A model generated the notes under the pieces. The model was not told the DNA's origin. It saw nothing but the letters and a program-made list of their open reading frames with translations, and did no database searches. Positions 39,775-50,599 of a stretch of DNA of 64,000 nucleotides are shown piece by piece. The stretch's first letter is position 1; every line of letters starts with the position of its first letter. This DNA comes from Candidatus Poribacteria bacterium (lineage in GTDB: Bacteria > Poribacteria > WGA-4E > WGA-3G). Location: positions 1,554,197 through 1,618,196 of the forward strand of contig OZ243938.1 of NCBI GenBank assembly GCA_965214095.1, read 5' to 3'. A program made the position numbers and the translations under genes.

Positions 39775-41811
39775 ATGGAAAACAGACAACCTTTAACTCC
39801 CGTACTGCGACCACTTAACGACACTGATGTAACAACTTGGGAACTCTCCGAAGGTGCAATTGCCCGATTCGGACACGGATTGAGACTTGACGTAGAATTC
39901 TCACCCGATGCCGCATATCTTTCCGTAGCAACAAAAATTGGATTCTGGCTATATGATACGGATACCCTTGCACCTCGCGCATTGTGGGGTACCGAACGCG
40001 GCATGATGAATGTCGCCACCTTCTCGCATGATTCACGTTGGATTGCCACTGGTGACCAAGACGGGATTCTCAAGGTGTGGGATACACAAAACGGACAGTG
40101 CGTTGCAAAAACTGACTGGGGAGGTACTGAGGAACGCAATGTCATCCTTCATGCCCACTTTTCACTGGACGATCAATATCTCGCTGCTTCCGGTTTTGGA
40201 CATAGTGCTGTCTATACCTGGAATAGAGAACTCAACGCACCTATCAGGAATTTTAAACTTGAAAAGCCAAAATTAGCGGATTATAGAAAAGAAGGTACTT
40301 CTTATGACAGATATTTTCCCATCGCTTTTTCACCCAACAGTAATCTATTCGCTTATGTGTCTTCACCGGAAGCAGTAACGGTTTCAGATATAAACACAAG
40401 TGAAGAGATAGCACACCTCACGGGACACACTACCCCATTACATACCCTCCTGTTTTCACCCTGTGGACAACACCTTGCGAGTGCAAGTCGTGGCACTGCA
40501 GTTCAAGTATGGGATATTCATAATGAATCTCTTGTTATGGCACCCAAAACATATCAAGGTGAAAGAGTAAGACTTGCGTACACACCAGATGAGACATTAC
40601 GTGTTGCAGACATTTATAATGACAAAGTGGTAATGTGGGATGCTTCACAGCACAAAAAGTTGGATACCTTCAACACTATTGGGAATACAGACAGTAAGGC
40701 AAGGTTTTCAAACGATGGAACAAAATTCGCAATTACATGCAGGAACCGCAAAATCCAAATATGGCATGAAGATGATTCTACTACAAAATCGTTCTTTTCT
40801 GGATATGGAAGTATTCCTTATTCGGTGGCATTTATGCAGGATAACAAAACATTGATCGGTGGGAACTGGGGAGGTACTGGTAAGTTATTTTGGGATATAA
40901 ATAGACGGGAAGTCCAGCGGATACTGCCACCAGAGAAACGCAGTTCTTCCAGAGGATGCATGACGTTGTCTCCAGATGATCAACTCTTGGCTATTGATAC
41001 AGGAGACAATGATATACACGTCTGGCATGTTGAAACTGATGAATTAGTTGCAGAACTAACAGGACATGAAAATCGGATTTATTCGTTGACGTTTTCTCCT
41101 ACCGGTAAATACCTTGTCAGTGGAGGATGGAAAGACGAATTATACGTTTGGGATGTCGCGCGCTGGGAAAAACATCACACACTTATAGGACATACAAGTT
41201 CAATTGAGGCAATTGCATTCCATCCTGATGGAAAACGGTTCGTTACCTCCTCCAGGGATGGAACAGCCTTGCTATGGAATGTTGAAACCGGAGAACAAAT
41301 CTCACCACTTCCTTTACCTGAAACCTTAGAGGATGTCTCTCTATACAGGGGTGAACCAGACGAAATTGAACGAGTTATCAATGGTGGGAATCTTCAATAT
41401 AAGAAATATCAACACATGCAATCTATTGTTTTTTCGCCTTGTGGCAACTGGATTGCTGGTGGACTCGGCACATGGATCGCTGATGCGTTAATAAATGAAA
41501 TCCGATTGTGGGACACAGAAACGTTAGAAACACGCATGATATTCCTTCAACCTCATGGATGTATTCGTCCGTGGGCATTAGCATTTTCTCCGTGTGGAAA
41601 GTATCTCGCATCAGGTGCTTGGTGGAAATGGGGATTAGACAAAGCACCTATCCACTTGTGGGAAATGACGACTGGCGAAAATATCCATACTTTCTGGGGA
41701 CACGCATCGGATGTTCAAGATGTAGCCTTTTCACCAGATGGAAAATATTTGGCAAGTGGCAGTTATGATGGCACTGTCCTATTGTGGGCTATGGAACCAT
41801 TTCTTGATTAG
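39775..41811 (+). CDS. WD40 repeat protein, array member W7.
   Basis: AGGAGG lies 7 nt before the ATG (MENRQPLTPVLRPLNDTDVTTWELSEGAIARFGHG). C-terminus VLLWAMEPFLD. Confidence 0.8.
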   Translation: MENRQPLTPVLRPLNDTDVTTWELSEGAIARFGHGLRLDVEFSPDAAYLSVATKIGFWLYDTDTLAPRALWGTERGMMNVATFSHDSRWIATGDQDGILKVWDTQNGQCVAKTDWGGTEERNVILHAHFSLDDQYLAASGFGHSAVYTWNRELNAPIRNFKLEKPKLADYRKEGTSYDRYFPIAFSPNSNLFAYVSSPEAVTVSDINTSEEIAHLTGHTTPLHTLLFSPCGQHLASASRGTAVQVWDIHNESLVMAPKTYQGERVRLAYTPDETLRVADIYNDKVVMWDASQHKKLDTFNTIGNTDSKARFSNDGTKFAITCRNRKIQIWHEDDSTTKSFFSGYGSIPYSVAFMQDNKTLIGGNWGGTGKLFWDINRREVQRILPPEKRSSSRGCMTLSPDDQLLAIDTGDNDIHVWHVETDELVAELTGHENRIYSLTFSPTGKYLVSGGWKDELYVWDVARWEKHHTLIGHTSSIEAIAFHPDGKRFVTSSRDGTALLWNVETGEQISPLPLPETLEDVSLYRGEPDEIERVINGGNLQYKKYQHMQSIVFSPCGNWIAGGLGTWIADALINEIRLWDTETLETRMIFLQPHGCIRPWALAFSPCGKYLASGAWWKWGLDKAPIHLWEMTTGENIHTFWGHASDVQDVAFSPDGKYLASGSYDGTVLLWAMEPFLD

Positions 41812-41887
41812 CATATATATGCATCAGATTGAACTAAAGTATTCTTTAGTGTCCAAACAAGCTGTAGCAATTGCTGAGGAGATTATT

Positions 41888-43879
41888 ATGTATCATAATC
41901 AAATCTATAATACGAATCAAATGAAGTCTGATAATACAGATGTAACAACATGGGAACTCCCCGATGGCGCAATCGCCCGATTAGGACGGGGTTGGGTGCG
42001 CCGAGATATAGCATTTTCACCTAAAGGGGTGTGTCTAGCTATTGCGACAGACATCGGTTGTTGGTTATATGACCTTGATACGATGGTGCCACGTGTGTTG
42101 TGGGATACAGAACGGGGGATGGTTTCTGCCATCTCCTTTTCACACGATGCACGATGGATTGCTACCGGAAACACCGATGGCACCTTGAAGATATGGTCCA
42201 CAGAAACTCTCCAATACATCATAGAAATTGAAACCGGAAAACCTGTTTTCCAACTTAGCTTTTCACCAGATGGACAGTACTTAGCATGTGTCAGTAAAAT
42301 GTCTACGGGAAGTTGTCGAACAAGTATTTATATTTGGCGTGAAAACACCGGCACACCGATCATAGATTTCTCTTTTACATCTAAGCCAGGCGGGCATAAT
42401 TCATACGCAACAGCTTTTTCACATAATGGTGAACTATTTGCATATACGTCTGATTATAATATCATATCTGTAATAAATGTAGAGACGAATGAATGTATCG
42501 CTCAACTTCCGGAAGTATCCACTGAACAACGGTCCGCTGTTGGTCCTCAACTCATTTTTTCTCACTGCGGGAAGTATCTTTCTGGCTACATTCGAAAAAA
42601 TAGGATCTACGTTTGGGATCTCTTCTGCGGTACAATGGAAAAATCGATGGAATATAATAAAATCAATAGGTTGATCCCGACCTTCACATCTGATAGTACT
42701 TTGCGGGTAGCATGTATCTCTGACAACGAGGTGGTCATCTCAAACGCAGCTCAGCAGGAGAAAGTGGATACCTTTGAAATTTGGGGACCGTCTGAAGTAT
42801 CAGCTTGTTTCTCAGCAGATGGATCAAGATTTATTATTTCGAATAGACGCGGCGACCTTTACATGTGGACAGAAACCTCTTCTCCATCTGTAAATATTCT
42901 CACTGGACATTTGCCAGGGGTTAGACAGGTAGGTTTTTCTAAAGATAGCAGAACACTAGTGAGTAATTACGATTATCGAGCTGGATGTCGGTTATGGAAT
43001 GTTGAGAGTAAACGGGTCGGATTGACCTTTCTTTTTCAATATTCGGATCGTAATTCACCCGGTAAGATGGTTATCTCCCAAGGTCAGGAATTCTTCGCTA
43101 CTACTAACGGAAACGGTATTAATATTTGGGATATAGCATCTGGCACACAAATATCAGAACTTACCGTAAAGCCTACAAGTGTACGCAATATGGCTTTTTC
43201 ACTAACTGGGGAATATCTCATAGGAAACCACAGAGGAGGAGTTACAGTATGGAATACGATGCAATGGGAAAAGTGCTATACTCTGAGTATTGAACAAATT
43301 GATCTCCGTAAAGCTCGGTTGCTGTTTCATCCAAACGGTGAGTTTTTTATAATTATTCCGCGTGAAGGGGATAATCTTATTTGGGATCTCAAGAGTGGTG
43401 ATCAAGTTGGCACACTATCCACAGCAATGTGCTCAGATATCACCCTATTTAGAGGTCTAAAAACGGACATCCAGAGAGCTCCTAAACAGCAAACACACCC
43501 TCGACGTGTATGGGGATTTGAGGCATCCCCTCGTGGCACACTTCTCGCTGGGGGAATGTGGGATGAAATTAGAATTTGGGACGCTGCTACCTTAGAAACG
43601 CGTATGGTCATAATTCCACCTGAAGGATGTCAAAAGCAGCATACGCTTGCATTTTCCCCTTGTAGCCGCTACCTTGCCTCCGGTACATGGTGGCAAAGGG
43701 GTCAGAAGAAGGTATCCATCCGGTTATGGGAGGTAGCTACAGGTGAGAATATACATACTTTCTGGGGACACCCTACTGATGTGCAGTGTCTCGCTTTCTC
43801 ACCGGATGGCAGGATTTTGGCAAGTGGTAGTTTTGATGGCACCATCCTCCTCTGGGATATGAAACCATTTATAAATTAA
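41888..43879 (+). CDS. WD40 repeat protein, array member W8.
   Basis: The start is set by the conserved leader GTAGCAATTGCTGAGGAGATTATT-ATG (MYHNQIYNTNQMKSDNTDVTTWELPDGAIARLGRG). C-terminus ILLWDMKPFIN. Confidence 0.8.
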   Translation: MYHNQIYNTNQMKSDNTDVTTWELPDGAIARLGRGWVRRDIAFSPKGVCLAIATDIGCWLYDLDTMVPRVLWDTERGMVSAISFSHDARWIATGNTDGTLKIWSTETLQYIIEIETGKPVFQLSFSPDGQYLACVSKMSTGSCRTSIYIWRENTGTPIIDFSFTSKPGGHNSYATAFSHNGELFAYTSDYNIISVINVETNECIAQLPEVSTEQRSAVGPQLIFSHCGKYLSGYIRKNRIYVWDLFCGTMEKSMEYNKINRLIPTFTSDSTLRVACISDNEVVISNAAQQEKVDTFEIWGPSEVSACFSADGSRFIISNRRGDLYMWTETSSPSVNILTGHLPGVRQVGFSKDSRTLVSNYDYRAGCRLWNVESKRVGLTFLFQYSDRNSPGKMVISQGQEFFATTNGNGINIWDIASGTQISELTVKPTSVRNMAFSLTGEYLIGNHRGGVTVWNTMQWEKCYTLSIEQIDLRKARLLFHPNGEFFIIIPREGDNLIWDLKSGDQVGTLSTAMCSDITLFRGLKTDIQRAPKQQTHPRRVWGFEASPRGTLLAGGMWDEIRIWDAATLETRMVIIPPEGCQKQHTLAFSPCSRYLASGTWWQRGQKKVSIRLWEVATGENIHTFWGHPTDVQCLAFSPDGRILASGSFDGTILLWDMKPFIN

Positions 43880-44017
43880 CGACTTGTGCTAAAAAACTAA
43901 ATGTTAAGTATTGATTCACACATTCAGGTCCTTTTGTCCGTATTTCTTTCACTTAAGATGCTCTTTAGTCCCGTATGAAGATAAAAAACAAATAGGGTAA
44001 TTTGACTTCAAAGTCCA

Positions 44018-44100
44018 GCGCGCTTACAAAGCGCGCCTACGGGTTTGACAAGCGCGCAAGCAAAGCACGCCTACAGGTCTTGGGTTAATTAAGATTAACC
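44018..44100. promoter_or_regulatory. Structured segment of the 400-bp W8-W9 spacer: a GCGCGC-TTACAAA-GCGCGC hairpin, a second GCGCGC copy, and the perfect AT-rich hairpin GGTTAAT-TAAG-ATTAACC.
   Basis: The inverted repeats are at 44018-44036 and 44083-44100. This is the only long intergenic gap inside the WD40 array, and the conserved leader begins right after it. Confidence 0.3.
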
Positions 44101-44282
44101 GTTTAATAAATTAATCTTCATTAGGGACGATATGCTTATAGTGTTAATGCTATTAAATGTAAAAACCAACAAGACAGAATGTTAACTGGCACAAGTCGTA
44201 AATTAGCATATATGTGCATCAGATTGAACTAAAATATTCTTTAGTGTCCAAACAAGCCGTAGCAATTGCTGAGGAGATTATT

Positions 44283-46364
44283 ATGCATCATAATCAAAAC
44301 TATAATACGAATCAAATGAAGTCTGATAATACAGATGTGACAACTTGGAAACTTCCTGAAGGTGCGATCGGCAGATTAGCCAGAGGACGCGTGTCAGATA
44401 TGTCCTTTTCAACTGATGGTAAATATCTTGCCGTCGCAACCCCCATCGGCTGTTGGTTGTATGATAGATTGTCGCTGAAACCACTTGACTTGTTTGAAAC
44501 AGAAAGTGGAATGCTTAATACCATTGTCTTTTCACGCGATACCCGGTTGATTGCCACCAGTAATTTTGATGGCGTAGTGAAGGTATGGGACGTACAAACG
44601 CTAAAGTGTCTCGCAAAGATAAACCATCGCAAGAATATAGATGCAACTTCAGGATATTCTTGGAACCTCCATTTTTCTTGGGACAACGCATACTTAGCAG
44701 CATCTTGTTTTGACAAACAAAATGTTGTCTACGCGTGGCACAAAAACACTGATGAACCTATCACGATATTTCCGATTGACGTAGCAGAAGAGAGCGGACA
44801 CCATTTTCCTATCTGTTTTTCTCCGATAGGGAACTTACTTGCATACGTATCTGCTGGAACACCGCATCACACTCTCACCATTTCCGATATAGAGACCAGT
44901 GAACACATCACACATCTCAACTGCATAGCACCATTGGTATACCGAGGTCTTGTCTTTTCTCCTTGTGGGCAATATATAGCTGCTGCTAATCAGAACAATG
45001 AAGTCTTGGTGTGGAATGTTTACAACGACACTTTGGAAATGGAACCCACTACTTATGATGGGAGGAGGTTAATCCCTGCCTATACACCCGATGGCACACT
45101 ACGCGTTGCCGATATTTACGACTATAAAGTTGTAATATGGGATGCTATCCGAAAAGAAAAAATAGATACATTTGACCGTCAGAACCCCAGACATGATCAT
45201 TTTTTAAGCGGACATCAGGAACATTTTTCAAGCGATGGCTCGTATGTCGCAACGATCCTCTCACGTAGCAATCTTTGTGTGTGGACAGTCGGGTCACCAT
45301 CAACCAAAGTTTCAAGTCCTGCTGATCATAAACCTGTTGCACATTCGGTTGCTTTTTCTAAAAACGGAAAGACATTAGCAAGTGGACATGGGTTTGGTAT
45401 GTATCACGTATTCTGGGATGCTGCACAAAGACAAACAGAACAAATATTCCCAATGCCAAATATCCAAGCACAACGTACAACTCTAACTAAAGACCTAACA
45501 GAAGAAGAGAAACAGCAGTGGTACCGTGTCAGTGCTTTGTCGCCTTGTGGAGAACGACTGACACTTCGCGACCTTCCGAGGGGGTCAGTTGAAATTTGGG
45601 ATATTGCGTCTGAAACCCTCATTACAGAACTATCGGACAGTAACAGATTTAGATCTTGGCGTGAAATGCGTTTTTCACCTACAGGTGAACATTTTATCGG
45701 CATAACAGCTACAGGTGATATTGATGTCTGGGATACACAGTCCGGTGAGAAAGTCAATACACTCGCAGGAGATAACCGACTGATTTTGACAACTGCGTTT
45801 CACCCTGATGGTAAACAACTCGCTGCAGCACTAACAGAGAGTGCTGGAATGCTTTGGGATATTGACAGCGGTGAACAACTCGGAGTTTTCCCCACAGAAC
45901 TACCAGAAGATACCTCCCTCTATAGAGGCGATCCAGAGCAGATACACCAATATATTCAAAAATATAAAAAAAGAAGTGGCTATAAGTGCATCCCTTACAA
46001 ACTCGTCTTCTCTCCTTGTGGCACGACGATCGCCTGTGGGATAAAAGATCATATCCAGTTGCGAGACACAGATACCTTAGAAACACAGATGCTCATACTG
46101 CTACCAAAAACGTGCACCAAACCGTTTGCGCTTACATTTTCCCCCTGCGGAAAATACCTCGTCTCTGGGTCGTGGTGGATAAAGGGATTGGACAAAGTAT
46201 CCATAAGAATATGGGAAGTCGCAACGGGTCAAAATATACACACATTCTGGGGACATACAACAGATGTGCAGGATTTAGCATTTTCACCGGATGGCAAATA
46301 TCTCGCAAGTGGCAGTTATGATGGCACCATCCTGTTCTGGGATATGAAACCATTCATCAATTAG
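44283..46364 (+). CDS. WD40 repeat protein, array member W9.
   Basis: Its leader and first ~60 nt are nearly identical to W8's (MHHNQNYNTNQMKSDNTDVTTWKLPEGAIGRLARG). Its 3' ~475 bp is nearly identical to the 3' end of W11. Confidence 0.8.
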   Translation: MHHNQNYNTNQMKSDNTDVTTWKLPEGAIGRLARGRVSDMSFSTDGKYLAVATPIGCWLYDRLSLKPLDLFETESGMLNTIVFSRDTRLIATSNFDGVVKVWDVQTLKCLAKINHRKNIDATSGYSWNLHFSWDNAYLAASCFDKQNVVYAWHKNTDEPITIFPIDVAEESGHHFPICFSPIGNLLAYVSAGTPHHTLTISDIETSEHITHLNCIAPLVYRGLVFSPCGQYIAAANQNNEVLVWNVYNDTLEMEPTTYDGRRLIPAYTPDGTLRVADIYDYKVVIWDAIRKEKIDTFDRQNPRHDHFLSGHQEHFSSDGSYVATILSRSNLCVWTVGSPSTKVSSPADHKPVAHSVAFSKNGKTLASGHGFGMYHVFWDAAQRQTEQIFPMPNIQAQRTTLTKDLTEEEKQQWYRVSALSPCGERLTLRDLPRGSVEIWDIASETLITELSDSNRFRSWREMRFSPTGEHFIGITATGDIDVWDTQSGEKVNTLAGDNRLILTTAFHPDGKQLAAALTESAGMLWDIDSGEQLGVFPTELPEDTSLYRGDPEQIHQYIQKYKKRSGYKCIPYKLVFSPCGTTIACGIKDHIQLRDTDTLETQMLILLPKTCTKPFALTFSPCGKYLVSGSWWIKGLDKVSIRIWEVATGQNIHTFWGHTTDVQDLAFSPDGKYLASGSYDGTILFWDMKPFIN

Positions 46365-46418
46365 TTTATGTGCGTCATGTTGATCTAAACAACTGTAGCA
46401 ATCGCTGAGGAGATTATT

Positions 46419-48404
46419 ATGTATCATAAACAAACCTATAATACGAATCAAATGAAATCTGATAATGCAGATGTAACTACCTGGAAACTCCCCGATGGTG
46501 CAATTGCACGATTAGGACAAGGACTCGTATTTGACATGGCGTTTTCACCGGATAACGCGTCTCTCGCTGTTGCAACTCGCGTCGGGGTATGGATGTATGA
46601 ACTCGACACCATGCAGCCCGTCACATTATTTGAAACCGAACGGGGCATGCTTTCTAACGTCGTCCTTTCACCCGATGGAAAATGTGTTGCTACTAGCAAC
46701 GGGGATGGCATTATCAAGGTGCGAGAGATAGAGACCCGGCGGTGTGTTGCGAAAATACGAGGCTGGCACGGAGGCACCTCCCAACTTGCCTTTTCACCGG
46801 ATAGCCAATACATCGCCGCATCTGGCCACGGATACGGCGACGTTTACATCTGGTGCGCAAAAACCGGCCAACATGTCGCAAGTTTCAAAGTGGGAGGCAC
46901 ACTGAAGGAAGGTGAACGCTCTCCTGCCCGTTTCCCAATCTGCTTTTCACCCGATGGGCAGCTGCTCGTTTATGCTTCTGACTGGACCACCCTTACTGTT
47001 CGAAACCTAAAAACGAAAGAATGCTTTGCTTATCTGCGTCATCTGCGCGAATCAGGGCATGTGTATGATCTCGTCTTTTCACCTTGTAGTCAGTTTCTTG
47101 CTGCGAGTATTCAGGACCCGACGACACGTGAGAACATTGAGGTGCAAGTGTGGAATATTGATAAAGAGATATTGGAGACAACTTATACCGACTACAACGG
47201 AACTCGGGCGATTCTCGCCTATTCCCCTGATGGGGCATTACGGGTGGCAGATGTGTATGAAGACAAGGTAGTGATGTGGAATGCGTCCCGGGGTGAAAAA
47301 CTTGATACCATTGAATATCCACCAGAAATATGTAGAATAGAACAATGTATCTCGACTGATGGACAACAGTTCGCAATTCTCACCAACCGCGATATCCGCG
47401 TGTGGCGTGCAGGCTCCCCTGCCATAGTAGCACCGCTCACAGTGCCTAATCAGGTGCCAGAATCTCTGTTTTTTTATCAAACGGACAGGATGCTGGTTTG
47501 CCAACACTGGTATGCAGATACCGTTTTCTGGGATGTTGTCCAGAAACAGGTGTCACCTCCCCCGACTCCACAAAAGAGCGGAGGTAAAAGGTGTGCGCTG
47601 TCCCCTTGTGAAGAATTGTTGGTTCTCATCGGAGAAGGCGGTCAAACTCTTGAAGTCTGGAACATTGTGTCCGGAACCCAGATAGCGGAACTCACCGGAC
47701 ATCAAAGTTTTATCACCACCGTAGTGTTTTCACCCGCAGGGGAACACCTCATCAGCGGTGATGTAGATGGGAAACTTGTTGTGTGGCGTGTCCAACGTTG
47801 GGAAAAGCAGCATGCATTTATAGGGCATGCTGAGCCGCTTCGGACAGCAGCCTTTCACCCCAACGGACAGCAATTCGCTACTACTGACGGGTATGGTATA
47901 TTTCTTTGGGACGTTACGAGTGGTGAACAGCTTGGCTCACCTTCTGTAGACTCCACCTTTGTTACCCTATATAAAGGAGATATGCGACGAATCCAGAGAC
48001 AAACCCAGCCACGTAACAAACTGCCAAAGAATCTCCATTCAATTGCGTTTTCACCTTGTGGCACTTTTTTGGCTGCTGGATTATACGGTGGAGTTCATCT
48101 ATGGGATGCTATAACTTTGGAGCCGCACATGGGGATGATTCTACCTGAGAGTTGCTCCCTTGTCGGTGTCGTTGTGTTTTCTCCATGTGGTCGGTATCTT
48201 GCCTCCGGTTCTTGGTGGAACAAAACAGACAAAGTCTCTATCCGTTTATGGGAAGTTGCCACTGGGGAAAACATCCATACCTTCTGGGGGCATACTTCAG
48301 ATGTACAAAATCTCGCTTTCTCAAAGGATGGCGAACTTCTGGCAAGTAGCAGCTATGATGGCACTATTTTATTGTGGGATATGAAACCGTTTATTAACAC
48401 TTAA
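46419..48404 (+). CDS. WD40 repeat protein, array member W10.
   Basis: It has the conserved leader and MYHKQTYNTNQMKSDNADVTTWKLPDGAIARLGQG. C-terminus ILLWDMKPFINT. Confidence 0.8.
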   Translation: MYHKQTYNTNQMKSDNADVTTWKLPDGAIARLGQGLVFDMAFSPDNASLAVATRVGVWMYELDTMQPVTLFETERGMLSNVVLSPDGKCVATSNGDGIIKVREIETRRCVAKIRGWHGGTSQLAFSPDSQYIAASGHGYGDVYIWCAKTGQHVASFKVGGTLKEGERSPARFPICFSPDGQLLVYASDWTTLTVRNLKTKECFAYLRHLRESGHVYDLVFSPCSQFLAASIQDPTTRENIEVQVWNIDKEILETTYTDYNGTRAILAYSPDGALRVADVYEDKVVMWNASRGEKLDTIEYPPEICRIEQCISTDGQQFAILTNRDIRVWRAGSPAIVAPLTVPNQVPESLFFYQTDRMLVCQHWYADTVFWDVVQKQVSPPPTPQKSGGKRCALSPCEELLVLIGEGGQTLEVWNIVSGTQIAELTGHQSFITTVVFSPAGEHLISGDVDGKLVVWRVQRWEKQHAFIGHAEPLRTAAFHPNGQQFATTDGYGIFLWDVTSGEQLGSPSVDSTFVTLYKGDMRRIQRQTQPRNKLPKNLHSIAFSPCGTFLAAGLYGGVHLWDAITLEPHMGMILPESCSLVGVVVFSPCGRYLASGSWWNKTDKVSIRLWEVATGENIHTFWGHTSDVQNLAFSKDGELLASSSYDGTILLWDMKPFINT

Positions 48405-48503
48405 ATATTTCTCGTAAATTCTCTTGGTCAATTTCATATAATACCTTGACGCACGAGGTTATTGAATACTGAACGTCTATTAGTAATAAAAGGAGACATC
48501 TTC

Positions 48504-50567
48504 TTGGAAAAGAGAATACATACAACCCCCTCATTTAGACCTATTGACGACACAGATGTAACAACTTGGAAACTACCTGAAGGTGCAATCGGCAGATTGG
48601 CACGTGGACGGGTGTCAGATATGTCCTTTTCAGTTGATGGTAAATATCTTGCTGTCGCAACCCCTATCGGTTGTTGGTTGTATGATCGATCATCCCTGAA
48701 ACCACTCGACTTGTTCGAAACAGAATGCGGTATGCTTGATTCCATTGTCTTTTCACACGACACCCAATTCATTGCTACAAGTAATAAAGATGGTGTTCTA
48801 AAGATATGGGATACACAAACGCTAAAGTGCCTCGCAAAGATAAACCATCGCAAGAATGTAGATGCAACTTCAGGATATTTTTGGAACCTCCATTTTTCTC
48901 GGGACAACGCATACTTAGCAGCATCTTGTTTTGACAAACAAAATGTTGTCTACGCGTGGCACAAAAACACTGATGAACCTGCGATTTACTTCCCAATTGA
49001 CTTAGAAAAAGAAAGTGGACACGACTTTCCTATCTGTTTCTCTCCGATAGGGAATCTACTTGCATACGTGTCTGCTGGAACCCCGCAGAACACTCTCACC
49101 ATTTCCGATATAGAGACTAATGAACACATCACACATCTCAACTGTATAGCACCATTGGTATACCGAGGTCTTGTCTTTTCTCCTTGTGGACAATATATAG
49201 CTGCTATCAATCTGAACAATGAGATGTTGGTGTGGAATGTTCACAACGGCACTTTGGAAACGGAACCCACTACTTATAATGGGAGGAGGTTAATCCCTGC
49301 CTATACACCCGATGGCACACTACGCGTTGCCGATATTTACGACTATAAAGTTGTAATATGGGATGCTATCCGAAAAGAAATAATGGATACCTTTAAATGT
49401 CAGAACCGCTGGCATGATCATTTTTCATCCGATGGTGCACACATCGCAACGATCCTCTCGCGCAGCGATCTCTGTGTGTGGACAGTCGGGTCACCGTCAA
49501 CAAAAGTTACAAGTCCTGCTGATCATAAACCTGTTCCATATTCGGTTGTTTTTTTTAAAAAAGGTAAAACATTAACAAGTCCAGAAATGTTTGGTGCACA
49601 GCTCGTTTGTTGGAATGTTGCACAGAGGCAAACAGAACAGATTTTCCCAACGCTGAGGATGCAGGCACAGTACACGACTCAAACTAAAAATCTCACAACG
49701 GAAGAAAGACAGGATTTGTTCCGAGTCAGCACATTGTCTCCTTGTGGAAAACGACTAGCACTTTGCAAACTTCCGAGGGGTTCAATTGAAATCTGGGACA
49801 TTACGTCTGAAACACTCATTATAAAACTCTCGGACAGTAGAGGATTTGACGCCGCAATGTGTTTTTCACCTTCTAATAAACATCTCATCGGCACAGCACC
49901 TACGGGCGGTACAGGAGACATCGGTGTATGGGATACACAGTCTGGGAAGAAAGTTAATATGCTCACAGGACATACGAATTATATTTTAACAGTAGCTTTC
50001 CATCCAAGCGGTAAACGACTCGCAACCGTCGCCAAGGATAGAACAGCAAGGCTCTGGGATATTGACAGCGGTGAACAACTCGGAGTTTTCCCCACAGAAC
50101 TACCAGAAGATACCTCCCTCTATAGAGGCGATCCAGAGCAGATACACCAATATATTCAAAAATATAAAAAAAGAAGTGGCTATAAGTGCATCCCTTATAA
50201 ACTCGTCTTCTCTCCTTGTGGCACAACGATCGCCTGTGGGATAAAAGATCATATCCAGTTGCGAGACACAGATACCTTAGAGACACAGATGCTCATACTG
50301 CTACCAAAAACGTGCACCAAACCGTTTGCGCTTACATTTTCCCCCTGCGGAAAATACCTCGTCTCTGGGTCGTGGTGGATAAAGGGATTGGACAAAGTAT
50401 CCATAAGAATATGGGAAGTCGCAACGGGTCAAAATATACACACATTCTGGGGACATACAACAGATGTACAGGATTTAGCATTTTCACCGGATGGCAAATA
50501 TCTCGCAAGTAGCAGTTATGATGGCACCATACTCCTCTGGGATATGAAACCTATTATATGCACCTAA
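48504..50567 (+). CDS. WD40 repeat protein, array member W11.
   Basis: The start is a TTG 8 nt after AGGAG (MEKRIHTTPSFRPIDDTDVTTWKLPEGAIGRLARG). It is a close paralog of W9 and W14. Confidence 0.75.
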   Translation: MEKRIHTTPSFRPIDDTDVTTWKLPEGAIGRLARGRVSDMSFSVDGKYLAVATPIGCWLYDRSSLKPLDLFETECGMLDSIVFSHDTQFIATSNKDGVLKIWDTQTLKCLAKINHRKNVDATSGYFWNLHFSRDNAYLAASCFDKQNVVYAWHKNTDEPAIYFPIDLEKESGHDFPICFSPIGNLLAYVSAGTPQNTLTISDIETNEHITHLNCIAPLVYRGLVFSPCGQYIAAINLNNEMLVWNVHNGTLETEPTTYNGRRLIPAYTPDGTLRVADIYDYKVVIWDAIRKEIMDTFKCQNRWHDHFSSDGAHIATILSRSDLCVWTVGSPSTKVTSPADHKPVPYSVVFFKKGKTLTSPEMFGAQLVCWNVAQRQTEQIFPTLRMQAQYTTQTKNLTTEERQDLFRVSTLSPCGKRLALCKLPRGSIEIWDITSETLIIKLSDSRGFDAAMCFSPSNKHLIGTAPTGGTGDIGVWDTQSGKKVNMLTGHTNYILTVAFHPSGKRLATVAKDRTARLWDIDSGEQLGVFPTELPEDTSLYRGDPEQIHQYIQKYKKRSGYKCIPYKLVFSPCGTTIACGIKDHIQLRDTDTLETQMLILLPKTCTKPFALTFSPCGKYLVSGSWWIKGLDKVSIRIWEVATGQNIHTFWGHTTDVQDLAFSPDGKYLASSSYDGTILLWDMKPIICT

Positions 50568-50599
50568 AACAACTGATAAAAAATAACTTGGAGGTTTCC

